A stretch of DNA of 58,018 nucleotides, filler included, from Gonapodya sp. JEL0774 (taxonomy: Eukaryota): NCBI GenBank assembly GCA_027604505.1. It is 5 parts of 5 records of this genome, joined end to end, with 100 filler letters (N's around TTAATTAATTAA, not from the genome) between each part and the next. Parts side by side here need not be neighbours in the genome. Positions count along the whole stretch, not along the records: positions 46,594 to 58,018 come from JADIIX010000358.1; 4 more parts are not named here. One strand, written 5' to 3'. Shown piece after piece: positions 49,901 to 58,018 of this stretch. The position numbers were made by a program, and so were the translations under genes. Positions within the stretch are counted from its first letter, which is position 1. Every line of letters starts with the position of its first letter. The notes beneath the pieces are model-generated. The model was not told the DNA's origin. It saw only the letters and a program-made list of their open reading frames with translations, and made no database searches.

Positions 49901-50439
49901 CTGAACGTGTCCCAATGGGCTTCAGTTCCCGGCCAGGGTGCTCGGGAAGGAGCTCTTCCGTTCGGGTCGCAAAGAGGTTAAGCTCACCAAGATTGTTGAA
50001 ACAGCGCTCCTAACAATGTTGATGGCTCGCGGAATCATACGCCGAAGGCACTTGTTGAGGCATTGCGCAGAGACCAAAAACTGTTCCACTGGTCCAATGA
50101 AGTTACACGCCACTCGTCAGAATGTGAATGCTGGCATTCTCAGTCGTGAGCACAAGCGACACGATTACTCACTTCTAATAGCCCACGTAGCTCGTATCCT
50201 CCCTGCATCGCCATCCTCACGGTCTCCCAACGATCCCAGGACACGTTCACTTTGCGACCGGATGAAAGCATCTTGACAGTGCATATGTGGTGCCATTGCG
50301 GTTGTTTAAACATGCAAAATAACAGGTTTGGTTGCGGTTGATAGTCGAGTTCACCAAAACTTGCGTCCAACCATCGCAACGGGCCGAATGCGAGGACGAG
50401 GAGCGGGCCACTTTCAAAACGGATACTGAAGGTATCATA

Positions 50440-50565
50440 CCTGGACAAAACAAATGCCGAACGGTGTGGTTGTTCGTACTTAGATTCCGTCACCATCATG
50501 TTTACCAACACAACAGGAGCCGTGGTGTAACGGTAGCACCGCGAGTTTGGATCTCGCAAATCTTG
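50440..50565 (+). repeat. Dispersed duplication, copy 2
   Basis: Matches 46839-46957. Confidence 0.85.
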
Positions 50566-52427
50566 GTTCAATTCCAAGCGGTTCCCTCCAATCTCATTTT
50601 GGAACACAATGCCATGTGGGCGAGTGTGGAGGGTGTTGGCGAGTGTGGATGTGCTAAGTTGACGACCGAGTTTCGCCTACATAAGCTGAAATGCTCTCCG
50701 ATAGTGATAAAGTACCTCCAAATTCCATGAGTTCTAACAGTACCGCACGCCGGAAGTCCCCTCGAGCATTCCGTGGTCTCCAGCCCTCCCTGAATTCAAC
50801 GAGGCACCAGAACAAGCGAACGGCTTCAGCAGGAGACACAACACTACATGACAACACTTTCAAGTCCAAACGCAACTCCTTTGAACAGCTTCACTCATGT
50901 CTTTGCTTGAGAATCTCGGGGGAGGTGCGTCCAGGGAAATTGGCTGAACGTTAACCCTCCAGTTATTGCAGGGCTACACGCTCTCTTCCTGCAGTTGAAC
51001 TTTGAATCGGACTCAGTTGAGCTCGCCTACGCGATGGATCACCTTAGCCATGGGTGATCGGTTTTGCGGAAACTCCAAGAACAAGACATCTGATTCTTTC
51101 ACTAGAACTCATTTGACTGTAAATTCCCGTCATCCGATCACCATAGTCAGCGACGAGATAGTTTCCACAACGATGGATCTCTCCCAGTGAAGCAATCATC
51201 CGGCTGTCAGAAACTCCCGAAGTTCTTGCAAGACCATAAGACCAGAGAGCTTTCCCGTCCGCAATCACCACGCGAGGATCCACCGGACTAAAGGTGAGTG
51301 TCAATGTTCATTTTCTGCCTTTGTGGGAGGTTCATGTGGGGAAGGTAGGGCAGATATGGATGTACTATGCAGTGACCCCATGCACACAATTACCAAGAAT
51401 CTTCAAGACTTTTTGTAAGCAGAATAGATACATACATGTAGTGAGATGATATTTCTGGATTCTCGGGATCATATATGTGCTCAGTGGTGCTCCATCGTGA
51501 AAGTCCCAATGGACATGGCCAGGATGAGTTCTAACGAGCATGGCTATTGCTCAAAATGACATTTACCCGCCTACAATTTTGGCTACTACTGAGTCGACTA
51601 GTGATACAAGCATCTAGTTATCCGAGTCGGTCCGCACGTTCGGGGTGCGGATACCAGCGTTCCCGAAGCAACGCGTAATGAAGCTAGTTTCGGGACTTGT
51701 TCACGGGTTGCTTCGGGTAGCGGCTTCTCGTCCACCACGCCAGCCAGGCCAGAGGCAATCGCTTAAATCCCCGGCATTGCCAGCCACTAGGACTATGACT
51801 TTCAGGGGTCTCCATGGCCGATCGACCTCGAACAGGCTTTGGGTACTGCTCCAACTGCCACCTGCGCGCACTGATGAAACACATAATGCACCACGGACTC
51901 GGTTCCAGAATCGCCACAGAGCATGTCGCCTAGAAGTATCACTTTTACCATATGATCTATTGATTTTGGGTGCCAGTAGAGCCTGAGTCGCATTTTCTGG
52001 CTGTGGAGAGGGTGTGGGAATCACACAAATATGTCACTTGGGGGCGATGGACAACAGAGCTCGTGATTCTGGACTGAAGCGCACAAAAATTAGTTCATAA
52101 AGTAGCTAAACTATGACTTTGTCTCGAAAGTTCGATTTAATGGAAGACCTTTTCACTTCTCGGTGAACCATGTTTGTGTTTGGTGATCCTCAATTCCTCC
52201 TGCTCAATGAATTCCCAGCATCGATCAGAAAGTGTTCAGTCTTGCGCTCTAAAAATTTGTGCTTGCATCGACGTTGATGTCAATGCAAACTACATTTGTC
52301 TGTTGATCCGTCACAATTTGAGTTGGGAAAAGCTTTAGAGACATCCGGAGGTCCTCCCCGGCCAGTAACCCCAGGTCTAAAATATGTGCATTCTTCAAAG
52401 CGTACACAAAGTGCGGTATCTATGCAA

Positions 52428-53213
52428 TTATTCCTTTCCCTCTGCCTTCTCTTCCGCAATCTCCTCGAGCAACCCACCGCTCTTCAACAAATCCTTGAGC
52501 TCTCCGCTTCGGTGCATGCTGACCACAATGTCAGCACCTCCGACAAACTCGCCAGAAACGTACAGTTGGGGGATGGTGGGCCAGTTGCTGGTGGGTGGTG
52601 GGTAGTATTGGTATGTCACAACACTTGGATTCCCTCCCAGGACGCCGTCGTTCCCCGTTTCCCTGAGTACGCCCGAAATTCAGCTCACCTATACTCTTTG
52701 ATCCCTTCCCTCAGCTCCTGGTCCTCCAAAACGTTGTACGCCCTCACTTTTGAAGGCTGGATGTTCTCCTCCTGGAGAACCTGAACCAGCGCGCGAGAGA
52801 ACCCACATTGCGGTCGTTGAGGAGTGCCCTTCATGAAGAGAACAACGGGTGTGGATTTGACTTCCTGGCGGCGAAGTGCGGAGAAGAACTGTGAACTCGA
52901 ATCTACAGAACATGTGCGGCCATCGAACAACACTCACATCGTCAAGCCACTTTTTCAAATCGTCTGATATCCATCGGCGTTGTGGCTTTGTCAAGAAAGA
53001 GGAGAAGGGAGAAGGCACAGTCATTCGTGAAGGTGAAAGAGCTTTAGCCTCTGACTGGTTCCGGGATGCTGACCAGGCAGCTCCAGCGCCACGAGTGAAG
53101 GCTAGTCCACGTCGTGCTGACACAGGCGTCGAGCGGGCGAGAGTGATTTGTGTTCGTGAAGCAGAGGGAAGGGTGCGGGTCTTGAATTTCGTGATCGATA
53201 TCCACGCGTACAT
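52428..53213 (-). CDS. GRX5: Mitochondrial monothiol glutaredoxin (CGFS type)
   Basis: Arg/Ser-rich presequence, [53 protein letters not shown]. Two introns. Confidence 0.96.
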
Positions 53214-53654
53214 TTCCAGTCAGTGAAGGGAATAGGCAGGCAAAGGCAGTCATCGAAGATTAGTGATCCTGCAGGATTAAGGAATTCGTCGTTTCATTCC
53301 AGCTCGTACCAGCATTGTTATAGGTGTTGGAGGGTTGTGAAACTTCTGCAGTTCCCATTGCGTGTCCAGCTGGCATGAACCACTTCGAACACTACTAGTA
53401 CTCTGACGATCTTTCGCGCTTCCAGTCACTGGCGTTCTAGAGTTGGAGATTACATTCATAAATTGTAAGATAGTGGAAACCCCCCGCTGCCGGCGATAAA
53501 TTCATGTAAAATTACTCTCGTACGGAATTTAATACTCATGCGATAAGACTCTCGATGCGGATTGGAATGTTCAATGTGAGGTTGAGGATCGTCAGTGCGC
53601 GCAAGGCACTCCCCTGCCATTCTCTACCTTCAAGTTGTTTCCATTCAACCCCTC

Positions 53655-56089
53655 ATGTCACTCCCAGACCCCGACGATGCCTACTCCAAAGACCGTCGAC
53701 AACCGAGATTTGGGTACGGAGGGGCCGCGAACGGGAGCCTCTTTGGACAATCGGGATCCGTATCTCGGGGACCGTTCTTTCGTCTCTCCGCCGCGACACG
53801 AATAGTACTCGTGATCCTGGTGATTTTGAACGTTGTAGGATGGATGGTCTACATGGGTGTGGGTGGTGGCGGCGGCGGTGATGGTGGTGGTGGTTACAGC
53901 TGGAGTGGTGCCAAGGGGTTTCACGGCTCGTTTTCTGCATCAGGCGCGGTGAATAACGATTCCACAAGGGGAGAAACGTTACTCAACATTCAAGTTGTAA
54001 GGAAGAAGGGCATGGGGGCGTATGGTGGGGACACGGTCGATCTCGTTGTGGATGGGGTGGCTGGCTCGCTGAAACAATCCGTTGTAGAAGGGTCGGGAGG
54101 TCCCGCAGCGGGGAGCGGCGTGGTATCGCCGGGACAACCCGCCAACACTGGCAGTGGGGACTATAAAGTGTACGGCGGTACGGGCGGAAGCGACACCACC
54201 CTCCCTCGGCGGCCGTCATCGCCCGAGGTCTTACCTCCTGGCCTCTCTATTGCCGACTTCCATGTGCCTCAGTCCATCCAAGACTCCCTTCTCTCCCCGA
54301 TCCCCATCGAAGACTTTGCAACGTTGGGTGACCGCATACGCACATGGGTTCAGCTCCATCACCGCCTGCGAGCTCTGGACGATTGGGAGCTGGAACAATA
54401 TCTCGCGAGTTCCACCACCACCTCCGCATCCTCAAAAACCACCACACTTATCCGCCGCTCCCAAATCTCCACCCTCACTAAGTCCACCCTTGACCGCTTC
54501 CGTCGCTTCGTCGCTGTCCTGGAGCACTCACTCTTCCCCTTTGTGAAACCCACATTCCCCTCCGCATCCTCCCTCTATTCCTCTTTTGCTCGTGCCCCAC
54601 GAAGCCGTGGTATTGCCATGACCGCAGGCAACGGTCAGGTCCGAATGGCTCTCGTGGGAATCATGTCCATTCGTGCTGCCGGGTGTGACCTGCCCATCGA
54701 GATTCTCTATGCTGGAGATGACGACCTCAAGCCCGAAAGCCGAGCGCGTCTGTTGTCTATGGGTGACGGGTACTCGGTGACCGTTCGTGACGCTACACAA
54801 CTGTTCGATAACAAGATTGCAAACGTCCGAGGATGGGCCATCAAACCGTTTGTCATCATGTTTGCTAGCTTTACCGAAGTTATATTCCAGGACTCGGATG
54901 TCGTGTGGCTCGGGAGTCCGGACGAGGTGTTTGAGGATCCGGTGTACAAGAAGACAGGGACATTGTTTTACTTTGACAGGGTGAGTGCTTGCGGTATCAA
55001 TTTTGTACTCTCGCTCTGTGTTTGAAGCATTAGGCATTGTGGCACCGCAATCACCCAGCGTACTCTCTTCGGCATCTCCGAGGAAATGCTCAAGTTCTCC
55101 ATCTCTCTCCTCCCTGCCCACTTCCGCGACCCAGTTCCTTCCTTCCTCACGACCCAAAACGCTGCTCTGGCTGGAAAGTCGGGTCATCAACAGGAATCTG
55201 GAGTCGTCGCTGTGGACAAGTCTCTGCCGCACAACTTTTATGGACTGTTGACCACGTGCAAAATGAACTGCGAGGAGGAGAGGGACAAGGTCGTGTACAA
55301 GAAGATTTACGGAGACAAGGAGACGTTTTGGATGGTGAGGTCGATCCGGCTTCCGGAACGTGCCGAAGCACGGTGTGACTAGGCTGATTGTTTTCAGGGC
55401 TGGGAGTTGGCTGGACAAACCGGCCTTTATGGATGGTCACCCCACCCTGCGGCGCAGATTGGATACGTGGTGCGGGGTGATCAAAATGCTGCGAATGTGG
55501 TGCGAAAGTGAGTCCCGTCTCGATGGAGCGAACCGTGTGTCTCCGTGTTGCTCTCTAAGCACTTCTCACATTGCTTAGGAAGGACTTCTCACCCGACCCT
55601 TCTCGCGGTGACCTCCGGAAAGATATTCGTATATGCTCCCTCCAACTCGCTCACCTTGACGCTACTGGATCGCACCCTCTGTGGTTCAATGGTGGTCCTT
55701 TGCGAGACAAGTTTCTCGGTGCTGCCTCTCCCGTGGCGCGTCCAACACACTGGGCAGTAGAGCGGGGATCTAAATGGGACCTATATGGGGACAATATCGC
55801 GTGTCTCTACCTGAAGGAAGGCGCGAACATTGAGGTTCAGGACGATGGTACGGTAGTGGACATTGGCGAAGTACCCCTGGAAGAAGCCAAGGCGGATGTG
55901 GCGAAACCGTTCAAGACGAAGGAGGAAGGAGGGGTCGGTGGGAGTGAACCGCATAGGCTTGGACCGCGGGAGATGAAGGTGTTTGACAAACTACGGGAGT
56001 GGTGGGAGGAGGCTGGGAGGGAGGGGCTGAGGGAATTAGAAGGGGAAGACGATGGAGGAGATGGAGGTGGAGGAGAGAGCGAGGAGTGA
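53655..56089 (+). CDS. GT71 alpha-mannosyltransferase (MNN1/MNN2/MNT-like), type II membrane protein
   Basis: TM IVLVILVILNVVGWMVYM, LPIEILYAGDDDL, GWAIKPF, DxD motif FQDSD, TGTLFYFDR, QESGVVAVDK, YGDKETFW and PLWFNGG. Confidence 0.9.
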
Positions 56090-57029
56090 GACTGTGAGCG
56101 GCACGGGCCTTCGAAGCACGTGGACAGGCGTCAATTTTTATTGCCAGGAATCTGGCGTTGGCATCACTCCGATGGTTATGGAGGTAAGGCCACTCAATAT
56201 TGTACTTAAGTTGGTGGGTATGTACACGTACAAAGCATGCATAGCTTGATGTCAATCAAATGTTTCGTCATCGGGTGTGGTAGAACGATTGTGCATATCA
56301 AGAACCAAACCTCAACCCACTACGCTGCACCCAGCGTATGTCTGCTTGTGCGGTTGACAATCACACTTGATTCAGCCATGGCCAATTCTTGGTGAATATA
56401 GTTGTCACTTGCTTGCAACGTGGCGAACCACCGGTTTTGCGGAACAAGATATCTGTGGAACCTCTGGGTGAAGACTCGGAGGAGGCTTTCAAAACGAATT
56501 GGGACCTCATCTATGGGCGCGTGTATGCCGCAATTCTTTTTTAGTTGTAAGTCGTTTCCTATTGGTGTTCGAAATCCACCTCTCACTAACAAAGTGCATG
56601 TGTAATAGGTGGTATCGCAAAGATTTTATCACCGAAGCAGATCTCAACAATTCAGAAGGTGCAGTGCCAAACTAGCACGCTGTTGGCTTTTTTGAGGACG
56701 TTCTGGTATGGACCACACCGTGTGAAGAATGTCCGCCGAAACGTGACCACGCCTGATAGAGTCAGCAACACAGAGAGAAGTAATACCAGCGTGTTCGCAC
56801 AAGTTGAAATATCGAGAACAGAAAATGCAAACATGTATCCTATACATAGCAGTAATACTATTCACAGCCCTTTGACAAAGGGCGAGGCAAGACATCACGA
56901 ACATCTTGCTGGGTTTCTTCAATCATAGACACACAACCCAACCACCAATTCGCTACAGTATTACGGCTGCAAGTGCCGAGACAAGTGAGGTTTCTGGACA
57001 GCCGGCCAGTAATAGAGAACGGTAGACCG

Positions 57030-57960
57030 TTATTTATTCACAAGTGTTGCCAATTTTCTAGAGCAACTAATGGGGCACTCACTATGCGATGCAAGTATCT
57101 CACCCACAGGATTCCAATCATTTCCACCAAAATCAAAGCTGACGTCGTGCAGGATGCCTTTGCCTAGGCTGAACGTGGTACTCTCCGACTTCTTGGAGGT
57201 GCCAAACACATTCAGGACCGCGTCAACCTTGAGCGATACCGAAGCCATGCCCAGGAGGCCGCCCTTGGGGTCGGTGAAGCGAACATTAACCATACGGATG
57301 AGCTTAAACGGTTTGGTTTTTTAGTTGTTTTTGCAACACGGTTTGGTCGGGCAGTATATTGGTCATTGGTGGAAACGGGAAAGAAAGTCAGCCAGAAAGG
57401 GAGAGATTGTTGAGTGGGTTGCATTGCGGGGGATAGACGGAGGTGGAGGTGGATTTGAATCGAGTGATGGTCTCACATAAGCGTAGACGTGCATGTTCTC
57501 AGCAAACAGCGTGAGCGTTCCAGAGTGAGACCCGTCAGGGACATCGACGACTGCGCGCAAGATCGCGTCGCCCTTCTGAACGCTTTTCTCAAAGATCACC
57601 ATTTTCTGGTTAGTCTTGTGATCAAACTGGTAGCAATACTGTACTTGCATATATTGGGAGTCTGTGGTCTGTCTGAACCCACTCAACTGGCCGAAGCAGA
57701 TCATGCTGTGGAAGTGACTAACCAATTGCAACAGTGGCCGAATAGGAGACAGATTCACTTTGTCGCATAAAACTCTTTCCTTTCATTCTACTGATAGCGC
57801 GACTGTTTGAGATACTGTTTTACACTGGTGCTTGCGTAGGATTCTTGGGAGTTGGTGGGACTATCTTCGCTTGCATTGCTCGCCGAAGCTGCCGGTTTTG
57901 GGAGAATTTGGATGACACGTTGAGCTCTTTGAAAATTGGCAGCGATCGGACTGATGAGAT
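57030..57960 (-). CDS. Hypothetical multi-exon gene or pseudogene fragment
   Basis: Exon-like minus-strand segments (SQYMQVQYCYQFD..., MVNVRFTDPKGG...), some bounded by GT/AG. No family recognised and some stops intervene. Confidence 0.35.
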
Positions 57961-58018
57961 CAACGGTGGCACAGACCACAGGCGGGGAGATATTAATATT
58001 AGCGGGTCTCAAAATTGA

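Overview
Eukaryotic, intron-rich, fungal-type DNA. The gene set suggests an early-diverging fungus, but this is inference only. The window is not one locus: it is five unrelated contigs of strictly decreasing length (>=11634, 11534, 11533, 11492, >=11425 bp) joined by 100-bp N44-TTAATTAATTAA-N44 linkers. Contig 1 holds a decayed full-length Ty3/Gypsy chromovirus with both LTRs and a Tf1-like self-priming signal, CpG-depleted relic DNA, a putative inverted-repeat element and tRNA-Gly(TCC). Contig 2 holds unknown multi-exon genes and a degenerate protein kinase. Contig 3 holds Tudor-SN, a YOR238W/DUF218-like gene, an NmrA/isoflavone-reductase-like gene, a prodomain-less metacaspase and a cytochrome P450. 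Contig 4 holds three tandem paralogues of an unrecognised helical-repeat protein family, then a compact trio (Rossmann oxidoreductase, BesD/ArpA-like Fe/2OG oxygenase, TfdB-like phenol monooxygenase; the two oxygenases look bacterial but carry introns) and an F-box gene. Contig 5 holds degenerate duplicated ORFs, GRX5 and a GT71 mannosyltransferase. The best novelty candidates are the oxygenase trio (40189-45158) and the tandem repeat-protein family (35002-39756).
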